Positions 29,001-38,270 of a DNA stretch of 58,238 nt are shown one piece after another. Location of the stretch: contig MGCU01000019.1 of NCBI GenBank assembly GCA_001790525.1, positions 1 to 58,238 of the forward strand, written 5' to 3'. A model generated the notes under the pieces. That model did not search any database. It saw only the letters and a program-made list of their open reading frames with translations, and was not told where the DNA came from. Every line of letters begins with the position of its first letter. The stretch's first letter is position 1. The position numbers and the translations under genes are program-made. This DNA comes from Candidatus Saccharibacteria bacterium RIFCSPHIGHO2_12_FULL_47_16b (GTDB lineage: Bacteria > Patescibacteriota > Saccharimonadia > Saccharimonadales > UBA10212).

Positions 29001-29679
29001 CGGTTTTCAAATAATGAGCGTCGCAAGTTACGACAGCTTCAATCTTCAGCTCTTTGGCTAACTTAAGCAACAAGTCATTGACCTTTTGTTGCTCGGCCCA
29101 GGCCGATGGATGACTGCTGTGGCCATGATCCAAAATTTCAATATAGTAACGATCGCCAAAAATTTTTTTGTACCATCTAGCAATGGCTTTAGCCTGGTCA
29201 TATTGACCTTGGCGCAGGGCATCGGAAACTTCGCTACCCATGCAGCCAGATAAGACGATTATGCCGCTGCTATACTTGGCAATCATTTTACGGTCAATCC
29301 GCGGTCGATAATAATAACCTTCTAAATTGGCAATTGAGGAAAGCTGCATTAGATTTTGGTAGCCATCCTCGTTTTCGGCCAACATCGTCAAATGGTAGTA
29401 TTGCCGATCGCGAGTTGGGTCTTTATCTTTGTAGCTACGCGGAGCAATATAGGCCTCCATGCCGATGATTGACTTTAGACCTCTATTTTTGGCCTGTTTA
29501 TAAAATTCAATCGCGCCAGATAACGTGCCATGGTCAGTTATAGCTACCGCTTCCATACCAAGTTCCGCAACTCGGTTAACTAAAGCCGGCACTTTGGTTA
29601 AGCCATCAAGTAGTGAGTACTGCGTGTGGGTATGCAGATGAACAAAATCACTCGGACTAAAAGCCGAACTAACCCTCAT
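26089..29679 (-). CDS. dnaE: DNA polymerase III alpha subunit
   Basis: PHP HLHTHTQYSLLDG, GPGRGSAA, FERFLNPDRISMPDMDID, FNKVHS, OB fold. Confidence 0.97.
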   Translation of the reverse strand: MRVSSAFSPSDFVHLHTHTQYSLLDGLTKVPALVNRVAELGMEAVAITDHGTLSGAIEFYKQAKNRGLKSIIGMEAYIAPRSYKDKDPTRDRQYYHLTMLAENEDGYQNLMQLSSIANLEGYYYRPRIDRKMIAKYSSGIIVLSGCMGSEVSDALRQGQYDQAKAIARWYKKIFGDRYYIEILDHGHSSHPSAWAEQQKVNDLLLKLAKELKIEAVVTCDAHYLKTEDQEAHEVLLCIQTGAYLDDKERFSLADFELFVTDPKDIIERWQTTHPELIANTKAIAERCNVEIKLGEILIPKFLTPKGETEKTLLEKQVWQGLAWRYGGVARDKAAKLTVAKTKKLLKPEVIKRAEFELGVVNKMGFNGYFLIVADFINWGKDRDIVFGPGRGSAASSIMAYGLRITEIDPLEYDLLFERFLNPDRISMPDMDIDIQDNRRDEVINYCIDKFGRDRVANIVTFGRMAARNSVRDVARVLQVAYAEADRLAKMIPPPVQGRHTPLSQHLEQVPELMAEYSSNPQAVRVFDLAMKLEGTIRSHGVHAAGVVIAPDEIVKFVPLEMAQKGVIATQYSMYPVEDLGLLKIDFLGLSNLTIIKNTLRIVKKVYGQEVDISQIPLNDKKTFELLKAGETTGVFQLESDGMRRYLKQLKPTVFEDIIAMVALYRPGPMQWIEDFIARKHGHRQAKYLHPLMKQALENTYGVIVYQEQVMQISKELCGFSGGQADTLRKAIGKKDPEVMAKLKADFIEGAIKKSGVSRRLMEKFWKQLEDFAAYCFNKVHSACYGLIAYQTAYLKANWPAAFMAALMTSDYDDIDRLAIEITECRNRGIEVLQPDVNESFHEFAVVPGKDQIRFGLDAIKNVGHGTVEEILRARQSLGGRFSSIEDFCRSVDPHIVNRKGLDSLIKAGALDSLADRSQLIYNLDNILALSARLHRAAASGQVDLFDNGQIESLMPSFSLQTDVPQLKPRDQLNWERELLGIYLSSHPLKDYEKFLLGNTIAIAELEPNLDGSSITVGGIVNGLREIVTRSGAKMAFVRIADISGEIELIVFPKILKQLPTELKFDQVVLVKGRIDNSSRMGAGELKIIVEEIKEVSADEAKDSKPSAKKKNSAKPTPVANQPKAKLYIRVLDSEDHGRLSALKAKLDVHSGDTEVIIVTGPSEKKQAIKLPQAVEVNEQSLRDLAAIFGSTNVIVK

Positions 29680-29804
29680 ATCGTCCTAATATTATACCTT
29701 AATTACAGAGGTCCACGGATTAAAGTTTACAATTTACGATTTACCGTTTACCGTGTGTTTACCGTTAACAATTTACATTGAAAACTGAAAACAGAAAACG
29801 GATC

Positions 29805-30203
29805 TTATTTTTTGAGATATTTAGCTAAATTCTTACGGGCTAACTTGACTTGTTTAATAGCCGAGTTCAGCTGTCGATCTTCGGAACTGCCGCTCTTGAA
29901 GGCCTTAAAGACATGCACAGCTTTATTGCGGGCATCTTTAGCTCTAATCACCGCCTCATTGAATTCGCTGCGAGCTTGGGCGCTTAAAGCTAAAGATTTG
30001 TCTTTGGCGGCTTTTATCATGTCGGACAGTTCATCAGTAGCTTTCTTTAAATCAGCCGCCGTCTGCTCTTTTAACTCATCGGTCTTTTCGGCTAGCTCTT
30101 TACGAGTTTCTTTGCCGCTTTTAGGAGCCGTTAAAATACCGGTGATGAAGCCAGCAGCGCCGGCCAACATTGCTCCTAGCGCAAATTTTCGACTATTTTT
30201 CAT
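29805..30203 (-). CDS. YtxH domain protein
   Basis: FALGA..GAAGFITGILTAPKSGKETRKEL. Confidence 0.88.
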   Translation of the reverse strand: MKNSRKFALGAMLAGAAGFITGILTAPKSGKETRKELAEKTDELKEQTAADLKKATDELSDMIKAAKDKSLALSAQARSEFNEAVIRAKDARNKAVHVFKAFKSGSSEDRQLNSAIKQVKLARKNLAKYLKK

Positions 30204-30435
30204 TCTTGACCTTCCCCTTCCTTTTCCTATTTACAATAGCAGATATTAGCCGAATAAAAGGCATGACCGCCGCGCCCTTTCTAACAGCCGAGGCGGCCGA
30301 TTCCATGCTGTCGGCAACTTGTTCGGCTCGGCGCATCAGGCGGATTATGTAAATCAAAGCGATAGTAAAGACAATTAAAAATACCGCCAAAACCGAACTA
30401 ACTATAATTAACAAAACTTCAGCCGCTGTGTCCAT
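30193..30435 (-). CDS. small single-TM protein (DUF948-like context)
   Basis: Long hydrophobic N-terminal helix, overlaps ytxH start. Confidence 0.75.
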   Translation of the reverse strand: MDTAAEVLLIIVSSVLAVFLIVFTIALIYIIRLMRRAEQVADSMESAASAVRKGAAVMPFIRLISAIVNRKRKGKVKNEK

Positions 30436-30457
30436 ACTATGATTACTATACCATATA

Positions 30458-30633
30458 TACAGGAGTTACGCACTTGAGTGCTGGGTGCGATTTCTTGCCG
30501 AGGAGTGGAAGGAGGCGTACAGGAAGGTACGTTGAGTGAGCACCGTAGGCAAAAATCGTGCTCCAGTGCCAAGAGCGCCAGTCCAAGCCGAGCTTGGCTT
30601 GGCTGAAACTGGCGCGGTGCGTGGGTCCTGTTA
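30458..30633 (+). repeat. long palindromic element, family A
   Basis: acaggagttacgcac/gtgcgtgggtcctgt outer arms; core GAGGCGTAC-6-GTACGTTGA; extra hairpin gcgccagt...actggcgc. Confidence 0.85.
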
Positions 30634-31518
30634 GAGTTGTAGGCTTCGCAAATATCTGGCAAAGTCGTCTTTAACTTCCGGATGATCAAGCGCAAAATCA
30701 ACTACCGTCTTTAAGTATTCCAATTTGTTGCCGGTGTCGTAGTACTTACCGTTGGCGATTTCTAAGGCGTAAAAGTTATGGCCGTCTTTAATCATGTTTT
30801 GCATTGAGACTTGCTGGATAAACTCTTGGTCTTTGGGCCAGCTTGCCAATTGTTTTTGCAGGTATGTAATTATAGTCGGTTCCAAAATGTAACCGCTGAC
30901 GGTGGCGAAATCCGAAGGCGCGGCTGCTTTGCCCGGTTTTTCAACAATTGAATCGACCTTTATGAGTCGCTCGTTAATTGCCTTTCCGCCAACAAAGCCA
31001 TAACGCTTGTAATCGTCGTCGGCTTTGGCCCGCACACAGCCCAGAACGCTGCCGCCATATTGTTCATAGACCTCTAAAAGCTGCTTAAAGCGGCTGGGCT
31101 CGGCTTTAACAAAATCGTCAGCAAAGGCATAAATAAACGGCTCGTTATTAATTAGATCGCCGGCATTTAATAGCGGCGTGCCATTACCTTGCGGGCCTTT
31201 TTGACGAACGTAAATAAAGTTAGCTAAGTTGGCTATTTTTTCGACATCTTCAATTTGGGCGTCTTTACCGCCAAACTTCAGATTGTTAATCAAATCGTGG
31301 CTGGGCCGATCGAAATGATCCTCGATTGACCGCTTGCCATAACCGGTAACTATAATAATATCTTCGATACCTGCATCGACTAGCTCTTCAACTACAATCT
31401 GAATGATTGGTTTATCGACGATTGGCAGCATTTCTTTGGGCATAGCCTTGGTTTGGGGTAAAAAACGGGTGCCAAAGCCGGCCGCCGCAATCACCGCTTT
31501 TCGAATCTTTTGAGCCAT
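30631..31518 (-). CDS. galU: UTP--glucose-1-phosphate uridylyltransferase
   Basis: KAVIAAAGFGTRFLPQTKAMPKEMLPIVDKP, VRQ, VEKP, YYDTGNKLEYLK. Confidence 0.93.
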   Translation of the reverse strand: MAQKIRKAVIAAAGFGTRFLPQTKAMPKEMLPIVDKPIIQIVVEELVDAGIEDIIIVTGYGKRSIEDHFDRPSHDLINNLKFGGKDAQIEDVEKIANLANFIYVRQKGPQGNGTPLLNAGDLINNEPFIYAFADDFVKAEPSRFKQLLEVYEQYGGSVLGCVRAKADDDYKRYGFVGGKAINERLIKVDSIVEKPGKAAAPSDFATVSGYILEPTIITYLQKQLASWPKDQEFIQQVSMQNMIKDGHNFYALEIANGKYYDTGNKLEYLKTVVDFALDHPEVKDDFARYLRSLQL

Positions 31519-31527
31519 GGCTATATT

Positions 31528-32970
31528 TTACTCCACAAGATCCAGTTGTTTTTTAATCAATTCTTGGGCAACTTTGGGATTGGCTTGGCCTTGGCTTTTG
31601 GTCATCACCTGTCCAACCAAAAAGCCAATCGCCTTCATTTCGCCTTGTTTGATATCTTCGGCGACTTTGGGATTTTCGGTAATAACCTCCTCGACGATTT
31701 TTTCAATCGCGGCTGTATCAGTGACTTGTAGTAAATTAAGTCTTTTGGCGATGGTCATAGGATCTTCAGGCGAACTAAGCAGTTCATCAAAAACTGCTTT
31801 GGCGGCCGTAGAACTAAGCTCGCCGCCGTCAACCATTTTAGATAAGCTAATCAATCGAGCAGAATCAATCTCCGGCTCGACAATACCAACTTTTTCAGTC
31901 TCGGCCGGCTGGGCATGAATTAACCAAAAGGCCACCCGCCGGGCATCGGCTGGCGAGCCAGCGGCCAGAACATCCAGAATTGGTTTGACAATTGACTGTC
32001 TATCCAGAATGTCTTCGGTCACTTTTTTATCGATGCCCAACTTATCTAACTGCCGGCGAAGTTGTGGCGGCAGTTTTGGCAGCTCGGCCTTAACATCCTC
32101 AATAAACTTATCGGTCAGTTCGAGGGGCGGGATGTCCGGCTCGGGCATATAGCGATAATCTTCGGCTTCTTCTTTGCCGCGCTGGGCGACACTTTTTTGC
32201 TTGGCTTCATCCCAGCCGCGGGTTTCTTGGATAACTTTTTGGCCTTTTTCCAGTAACTCGATCTGTCTTTTGATTTCATAAGCCACGGCTGCCTCGACAC
32301 TACGGAAGCTATTTAAGTTTTTTATTTCGCTTCTAGTACCTAGCTTATCGCCGGCTCTGGCCACACTAACATTTATGTCAAAGCGCATGTGTCCGTGGTA
32401 TAGATCGCCGTCGGTTACATCAGCATACTTCATTAGCAGCCAAAGTTCACGCACGTACGCCTTGGCTTCGGCGGCACTATTAATTTCCGGTCGGCTAACA
32501 ATTTCGAGTAAGGGCGTACCAGCTCGATTGAGATCAATCAGTGTGTAGTCAGCACCAGCCGGATGAATATTTTTACCAGCATCTTCTTCCAGGTTGGCCC
32601 GCTCAATCTTAATTTTTTTGGTTCGGCCACCTGCCTCAATCTCGAGGAAACCGCCCTTAATAATTGGCGCTTGATACTGGGTTATTTGATAACCTTTGGG
32701 TAAATCCGGATAAAAATAGTGTTTTCTTTCAAACCAGCTAAATTTCTGTGGGTCTGTATTAAGGGCTAAGGCTGCACGCGCACAAAGCTCAATGGCTGCT
32801 TGATTAAGCACCGGCAAAGCCCCGGGCAAGCCAACATCAATATGACTTATGAGAGTATTTGGCGGCGCCTGCCGCGCATCATTTCCCACTGCTGAAAACA
32901 ACTTAGTTTTGGTCTTAAGCTGCACATGAGTTTCGATCCCAATCGTTGGCACGTATTGGCTGTTGGTCAT
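31528..32970 (-). CDS. gatB: Asp/Glu-tRNA amidotransferase subunit B
   Basis: IGIETHVQL, RKHYFYPDLPKGYQITQ, LEEDAGK, DLNRAGTPLLEIVS, EIKNLNS, DYRYMPEPD. Confidence 0.97.
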   Translation of the reverse strand: MTNSQYVPTIGIETHVQLKTKTKLFSAVGNDARQAPPNTLISHIDVGLPGALPVLNQAAIELCARAALALNTDPQKFSWFERKHYFYPDLPKGYQITQYQAPIIKGGFLEIEAGGRTKKIKIERANLEEDAGKNIHPAGADYTLIDLNRAGTPLLEIVSRPEINSAAEAKAYVRELWLLMKYADVTDGDLYHGHMRFDINVSVARAGDKLGTRSEIKNLNSFRSVEAAVAYEIKRQIELLEKGQKVIQETRGWDEAKQKSVAQRGKEEAEDYRYMPEPDIPPLELTDKFIEDVKAELPKLPPQLRRQLDKLGIDKKVTEDILDRQSIVKPILDVLAAGSPADARRVAFWLIHAQPAETEKVGIVEPEIDSARLISLSKMVDGGELSSTAAKAVFDELLSSPEDPMTIAKRLNLLQVTDTAAIEKIVEEVITENPKVAEDIKQGEMKAIGFLVGQVMTKSQGQANPKVAQELIKKQLDLVE

Positions 32971-33055
32971 GCTGGCCTCCAGCTATGAAGAATGAGTAAT
33001 GAATTATGAATTATGAAATTCTTAATTCGTAATTCTTGATTCTTAATTCTGTTGC

Positions 33056-33400
33056 TCATAAAGCTCCCAAATCCGTTAAGGCCTGCTTAAAACCAATTAG
33101 TGCTTTCTTAGCCTCTTCTTTCTTTAATCGAATATGCGGCTCATGAACTAAACGATTGCTTAACTTATGGGCATACCAAACCGCATCATTATCACTTAAG
33201 GCCTTTTGAGCGGAAACTAGTCTTTCACCTGCTGTTTTGCCTTTAAAGCGTTTTTTGATTAGCGCTTCGTCAAGTAATCTATCGGCGTCGATGATAGCCA
33301 GCATCATGCCCTCATAGGTCTTAACTCTAGCCAGTAGCTCCAGCCATTTAGCCTGAAAGTATTTTTTATTGACTCGACCACGTAAGCTAAGTAGCTTCAT
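33056..33400 (-). CDS. hypothetical protein, degenerate HEPN/DUF4145-like
   Basis: LAIIDADRLLDEAL, GKTAGERL, WYAHKLSNRLVHE; ATGA overlap with gatA stop. Confidence 0.75.
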   Translation of the reverse strand: MKLLSLRGRVNKKYFQAKWLELLARVKTYEGMMLAIIDADRLLDEALIKKRFKGKTAGERLVSAQKALSDNDAVWYAHKLSNRLVHEPHIRLKKEEAKKALIGFKQALTDLGAL

Positions 33401-34827
33401 GCTAGTAATTCCTCAACCGACTTAGCAAATGCCAAAAGCTGCCGATCGGCGTGCATTGGCGCAATGATTTGCAGACCAACCGGAAGATTGTTACTGAACC
33501 CGGCTGGCAGGTTTATTGCCGGATTGCCGGATATATTGGCCGCCACTGTCATAATATCGCTTAGGTACATTTTCAGAGGATCTTTCGTTTTGGCGCCAAT
33601 TTTAAAGGCGGTGGTTGGTGAAGTTGGCCCAATCAAAAAATCAAATTTCTTAAAAGCGCTAGTAAATTCATTGATAATTTTAGTCCGAACAGTTTGAGCT
33701 TTTTGATAGTAAGCCTCAAAATAACCACTGGAGAGTACGTGAGAGCCAATCATAATGCGACGTTTAGCTTCGGCGCCAAAGCCGAGCTCGCGGCTTAGCA
33801 TATAGCTTTCTTCGAGATTTTTGGCGTCTTTGGCAAATAAACCATAGCGCTGGCCGTCGTAACGGGCTAAATTACTGCTGACCTCGGCTGGACAAATAAT
33901 GTAATAAACGGCCAGAGCCAGCGGCAAGCTCGGCAAGCTAATTGGCTCAATTTTAGTACCGGCTTGTTTTAATTTTTGGATGACTGCATCAACTTGTTTT
34001 TCGACTCCCGGTTCTAAATCTTCAGTCAAATATTCATCAATCACACCGATCTTTGCATTCTGAAGTTTGAATTTTGAAGTTTGAACATCGTAGCCTTCAG
34101 TATCGCGCTCAATAGTCGTACTATCTAGCTCATCGCGACCAGCCATCACATCTAGAATAATTGAGGCTTCGGCTACGCTAGCAGCCAAAGGTCCAATCAC
34201 GTCAGTGCTCGAGGCCATAGCCACCACGCCACTACGACTAACTAAACCGTAAGTCGGCTTGTAGCCAACGATGCCACAAAAAGCGGCTGGCAGCCGAATC
34301 GAACCGCCGGTATCAGTCCCCAGTGCAAACGGAGCAATCTTCAAGGCCACAGCCGCAGCCGAGCCGCCGGAGCTACCACCCGGCACACGCGTTTTGTCAA
34401 ACGGATTTTTTGTCACAAAGAAATCACTGTTCTCGGTACTACTTCCATGAGCCCAGGCGTCAAGGTTAGATTTGGCGACGCAAATCGCGCCTTCGACTTC
34501 TAAACGATTAATAGCCGTAGCTTGGTATGGCGCTTCGAAATTTTCCAGCATATGGCTAGCGGCAGTAGTTTTTCCGCTAAACGTCAAAAAATTATCCTTG
34601 GCCACAAATGGCACGCCGGCCAGTCGATCAACCTTTTGGCCTTTGGCAATTTGAGCGTCAATTTCCTTAGCTCGTTCGATGGCTCTAGCTTCAGGTACCG
34701 AAATAATGGCGTCGAAGTCTTTTGTCCGGCCGATCATGTCAAACGAACGCTTCACCAGATCAACCGCTTTGAGTTCACCTTTTTGGACTTTATCAGCAAT
34801 GACCGAAATTGGTTCCCAGTCTGCCAT
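33397..34827 (-). CDS. gatA: Asp/Glu-tRNA amidotransferase subunit A
   Basis: Amidase signature PGGSSGGSAA, GTDTGGSIRLPA, SSNLARYDG, KRRIMIGS. Confidence 0.97.
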   Translation of the reverse strand: MADWEPISVIADKVQKGELKAVDLVKRSFDMIGRTKDFDAIISVPEARAIERAKEIDAQIAKGQKVDRLAGVPFVAKDNFLTFSGKTTAASHMLENFEAPYQATAINRLEVEGAICVAKSNLDAWAHGSSTENSDFFVTKNPFDKTRVPGGSSGGSAAAVALKIAPFALGTDTGGSIRLPAAFCGIVGYKPTYGLVSRSGVVAMASSTDVIGPLAASVAEASIILDVMAGRDELDSTTIERDTEGYDVQTSKFKLQNAKIGVIDEYLTEDLEPGVEKQVDAVIQKLKQAGTKIEPISLPSLPLALAVYYIICPAEVSSNLARYDGQRYGLFAKDAKNLEESYMLSRELGFGAEAKRRIMIGSHVLSSGYFEAYYQKAQTVRTKIINEFTSAFKKFDFLIGPTSPTTAFKIGAKTKDPLKMYLSDIMTVAANISGNPAINLPAGFSNNLPVGLQIIAPMHADRQLLAFAKSVEELLA

Positions 34828-34829
34828 GA

Positions 34830-35123
34830 TTACGTGATTACTCGCTTAACCTTAAATTGTTTATCTAAAGTATCCGGGGCCCGCTTTAATAAATCATCCG
34901 GCTTTGCCTGATAATCTAGCGGCTTGTCAGCCCGCGTAACGTTCTTTAGCCCGGTCACTTGATAGGTCGGTTCTAGTCCTTTGGTGTCGGCATTTTCCAG
35001 TTGTTTGACATAGTCAAGAATTTCGGCCAATTCTTCACGAAAACGTTCGATTTCCTCTTCAGATAGCTTCAACCGGCTCAAATGCGCCAATTTTAAGACC
35101 TGGTCCCTCGTCAGCTTGCTCAT
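34830..35123 (-). CDS. gatC: Asp/Glu-tRNA amidotransferase subunit C
   Basis: VLKLAHLSRL, ILDYVKQL, EPT, RAD, FKVKRV; upstream of gatA. Confidence 0.95.
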   Translation of the reverse strand: MSKLTRDQVLKLAHLSRLKLSEEEIERFREELAEILDYVKQLENADTKGLEPTYQVTGLKNVTRADKPLDYQAKPDDLLKRAPDTLDKQFKVKRVIT

Positions 35124-35205
35124 CTATCTGATAAGTATAGCAAAGATATTCTGGCTTGTCGGCAGAGAGATTTTATGGTTTTATATAAATGAGCGGTTGA
35201 GACCA

Positions 35206-35499
35206 ATGAAAAAAGAATTGCCTTTTACTATTCACGTCGATCCTAAGAAAATGGCCAATAGGTCTTTTCATTTTGCTGACCTAGCAACAGCAGAACTTGT
35301 TTATCCTCGAGCTATTAGCCTTGTTGAAAGAGATCATGGACTGGCTGATTTACAACTGCAAGTCGGTACAGATAACAGCAGAATCATTACGATTTCGGCA
35401 TCTGAGGCTAATCTCTGGGTAAGTTCCTCCCAAGAGACGCCGGGCGCTGATCGCCAATCCTTTGTCGTTTCAGAGTTAGCTAAAGCCGCACTTCATTAA
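35206..35499 (+). CDS. hypothetical protein
   Basis: ORF 35116..35499 fills the uvrB-gatC gap; ATG 35206 avoids overlap with gatC. Confidence 0.45.
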   Translation: MKKELPFTIHVDPKKMANRSFHFADLATAELVYPRAISLVERDHGLADLQLQVGTDNSRIITISASEANLWVSSSQETPGADRQSFVVSELAKAALH

Positions 35500-35561
35500 A
35501 ATTTAAGTTAGTCAATTATTTTTGAGGAATTTTAAAAGCCAGCATCCGTAAAAAGAATTTC

Positions 35562-37520
35562 TTATAGTTTACTTTTAACCACGGCTATCAGATCTCTTAA
35601 TTCCGCGGCTTTCTCAAACTCCAAGTTGGCTGCAGCTAAGTCCATTTGAGCCGTCAAATCACGAATCAAAAAATCATATTCTTCTTTCGGTATTTTCTTA
35701 AGGTCAATCTTGGGCTTTTCTTCTTTGACAACACGTGGCAACATTTCGGTGACCTCGCGTTTGATGCCTTTGGGTGTAATCTTATGTTTCCGATTGTAAT
35801 TTTGCTGGACTTGGCGGCGGCGGTTGGTTTCGCCGATTGCACGCTGCATGCTGCCGGTTACTCTATCGGCATACATGATCACCCGGCCTTCTTGGTGACG
35901 GGCTGCCCGACCGACTGTCTGAATTAGCGCTTGAGTTGAGCGCAAAAAACCTTCTTTATCAGCATCCAGTATCGCCACCAAACTAACTTCCGGCAGATCA
36001 ATTCCTTCGCGCAGCAGATTAATCCCAACCAAAACATCATAAACTCCAAGCCGTAAATCTCGCAGAATATCAGTTCGTTCCAAAGTATCGATCTCGCTAT
36101 GCAGATACATAACCTTAATATCAATTTCGCCTAAATATTCGGCTAGGTCTTCGGCCATCCGTTTGGTCAAAGTCGTAATCAACACCCGCTGTCCTTTGCC
36201 GACTGTTGATTTAATTTCGCTGATTAAGTCATCAATTTGGCCGGCGATAGGACGAACGTCAATTCTAGGGTCAAGCAGCCCGGTGGGGCGGATAATCTGC
36301 TCCACCGGCTTAGGGCTGCGATTTAGTTCGTATTCGGCTGGCGTGGCGCTAACAAAAACAACTTGGTTAAGCTGCCGCTCAAACTCCGAAAAAGTCAACG
36401 GACGATTATCGAGCGCGCTTGGTAAGCGGAAGCCATGTTCGACTAACACTTCCTTACGCGATCGGTCGCCATGATACATACCTCTAACTTGTGGAATTGA
36501 CATATGCGATTCATCAATGAACATCAAAAAATCATCCGGATAATAATCGAGCAAGGTGGCTGGTTGTTCACCGGGTTCACGATCGGTCAAATAGCGGCTG
36601 TAGTTTTCGATACCTTTGACAAAACCGGTTTGTTCAAGCATCTCTAAATCGAACTTAATCCTTTGGGCTAATCTTTGAGCTTCTAAAAGCTTGCCGTGTT
36701 TTTTAAACCAGCTGATTCGTTCATCGGCTTCAGCTTGGATTTTACCGAGAGCTTTCTCAAGTTTTTCTTCGGGTGTCACAAAATGGCTGCCCGGATAAAT
36801 ACTTAACAAGTCAAGTATCTTCTCTACTTCCCCGGTAAGGGGATTGATGGAGGTGATTTTCTCAATTTCGTCGCCAAAAAACTCAATCCGATAAGCTGCT
36901 TCATCGCCGACCGGAAAAATATCGACCACATCGCCGCGAACCCGAAAGTTGCCCCGCTCAAAGGCCATGTCGTTACGACGATACTGGATATCGGTTAGTT
37001 GGCGTAATAATTTATCACGTAGCCGCCGCTCACCTTTTTTAATCCGAACCGTCATGGAGGTATAATCTTCAACCGAACCAATGCCATAAATGCAGGAAAC
37101 ACTGGCCACGATAATAACGTCCCGTCGGGCCAGCAAGGAATTAGTGGCGGCGTGGCGCAAGCGGTCGATTTCTTCATTAATATCACTGTCCTTTTCGATG
37201 TAGGTGTCAGTTCGCGGAATATAAGCCTCTGGCTGGTAGTAGTCAAAATAACTAACAAAATAATGGACGGCGTTATCCGGAAAAAACAGACGAAATTCAT
37301 TATAGAGCTGGGCGGCCAAAGTTTTGTTATGGCTTAAAACCAGCGTCGGCTTTTGACGCTTGGCGATAATGTTGGCCATCGTGAAGGTCTTACCGCTGCC
37401 GGTCACTCCGAGCAGCACCTGGTTTCTGGCACCCTTTTCAAGGCCTTCCGTCAGTTTTGCAATCGCGGTCGGCTGATCTCCAGTCGGCTGATATTCAGAT
37501 ACCAATTTAAATTTGGCCAT
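35562..37520 (-). CDS. uvrB: excinuclease ABC subunit B
   Basis: [41 protein letters not shown]-terminal UVR. Confidence 0.98.
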   Translation of the reverse strand: MAKFKLVSEYQPTGDQPTAIAKLTEGLEKGARNQVLLGVTGSGKTFTMANIIAKRQKPTLVLSHNKTLAAQLYNEFRLFFPDNAVHYFVSYFDYYQPEAYIPRTDTYIEKDSDINEEIDRLRHAATNSLLARRDVIIVASVSCIYGIGSVEDYTSMTVRIKKGERRLRDKLLRQLTDIQYRRNDMAFERGNFRVRGDVVDIFPVGDEAAYRIEFFGDEIEKITSINPLTGEVEKILDLLSIYPGSHFVTPEEKLEKALGKIQAEADERISWFKKHGKLLEAQRLAQRIKFDLEMLEQTGFVKGIENYSRYLTDREPGEQPATLLDYYPDDFLMFIDESHMSIPQVRGMYHGDRSRKEVLVEHGFRLPSALDNRPLTFSEFERQLNQVVFVSATPAEYELNRSPKPVEQIIRPTGLLDPRIDVRPIAGQIDDLISEIKSTVGKGQRVLITTLTKRMAEDLAEYLGEIDIKVMYLHSEIDTLERTDILRDLRLGVYDVLVGINLLREGIDLPEVSLVAILDADKEGFLRSTQALIQTVGRAARHQEGRVIMYADRVTGSMQRAIGETNRRRQVQQNYNRKHKITPKGIKREVTEMLPRVVKEEKPKIDLKKIPKEEYDFLIRDLTAQMDLAAANLEFEKAAELRDLIAVVKSKL

Positions 37521-37536
37521 CTCTAAATTGTATCAG

Positions 37537-38115
37537 TCAGACGCTAAACAGTTTGTGGTAAGGTTTATGTTCTTTGTCTAATAACCGAGTTAATTTGGCA
37601 ACTAGCTCATCGGCATCAGTCTCAAAAATTATCAAACCTCGATCTAAATTGGGCAGCGTCTCGAGCAGCTGCTCAATCTGCGCACTGACACCACCAGCGC
37701 CCTGCAAAAAACCAATCGGTGTCTTGGTTTCCAGCGCAATAGTTAACTCATGCAAAGTTCCCATCCGACCGCCAATGCTAATGACCGCATCGGCTGAATT
37801 AATCAGTAGTGAATCGCGGCCAACGTAATGCAGACCAGTGTATAAAATGGCATCGAACGGTTTGGTTGGCAGACGATACTTGATGACGTGCTCCACTTTG
37901 GTAGCGGCCGGCGAAAGACCCAAACTCATCTGACCGCCAGCCTTTTTGTAGGTGATAGCGGCCTCCTCGGGTAAGCCAGTCGTTGCACCGGTAAGCAGCG
38001 AGTGGCCGGCCTTAGCTACAGCCCGACCAGCCGCGCTGGCCAGCTGTTTACCCTCGTCATAGCTTTCACCTTTGGCCGCACCAGAAATACAAAATTGATA
38101 GCTATTAGAGCTCAT
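37537..38115 (-). CDS. LOG/SLOG family protein
   Basis: LLTGATTGLP, GLHYVGRD, IGGRMGTLHE; start refined to ATG 38115. Confidence 0.85.
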   Translation of the reverse strand: MSSNSYQFCISGAAKGESYDEGKQLASAAGRAVAKAGHSLLTGATTGLPEEAAITYKKAGGQMSLGLSPAATKVEHVIKYRLPTKPFDAILYTGLHYVGRDSLLINSADAVISIGGRMGTLHELTIALETKTPIGFLQGAGGVSAQIEQLLETLPNLDRGLIIFETDADELVAKLTRLLDKEHKPYHKLFSV

Positions 38116-38268
38116 TTCATTGACCTTTTTCGTTAAGCGAATCGGCAATATTGGAAGCCGAAAGTGTTATCAGGTGAGGAGGCATATCTGAATTGATACG
38201 TCGACGAGCGGTATAGCACTTGCAGGCACAAGATTGCCGATGAGGCTGAAATGAGGTCATGAATTGAG
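38111..38268 (+). repeat. long palindromic element, family A
   Basis: ctcatttcattgacc/ggtcatgaattgag, atcggcaatattg/caagattgccgat, aagtgttat/atagcactt; core GAGGAGGCATATC-6-GATACGTCGACGAG. Confidence 0.85.
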
Positions 38269-38270
38269 GT

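Noticed and set aside
30408-30701. 97-aa minus-strand ORF
   Set aside because: Spans a palindromic element and overlaps both neighbours; no coding features
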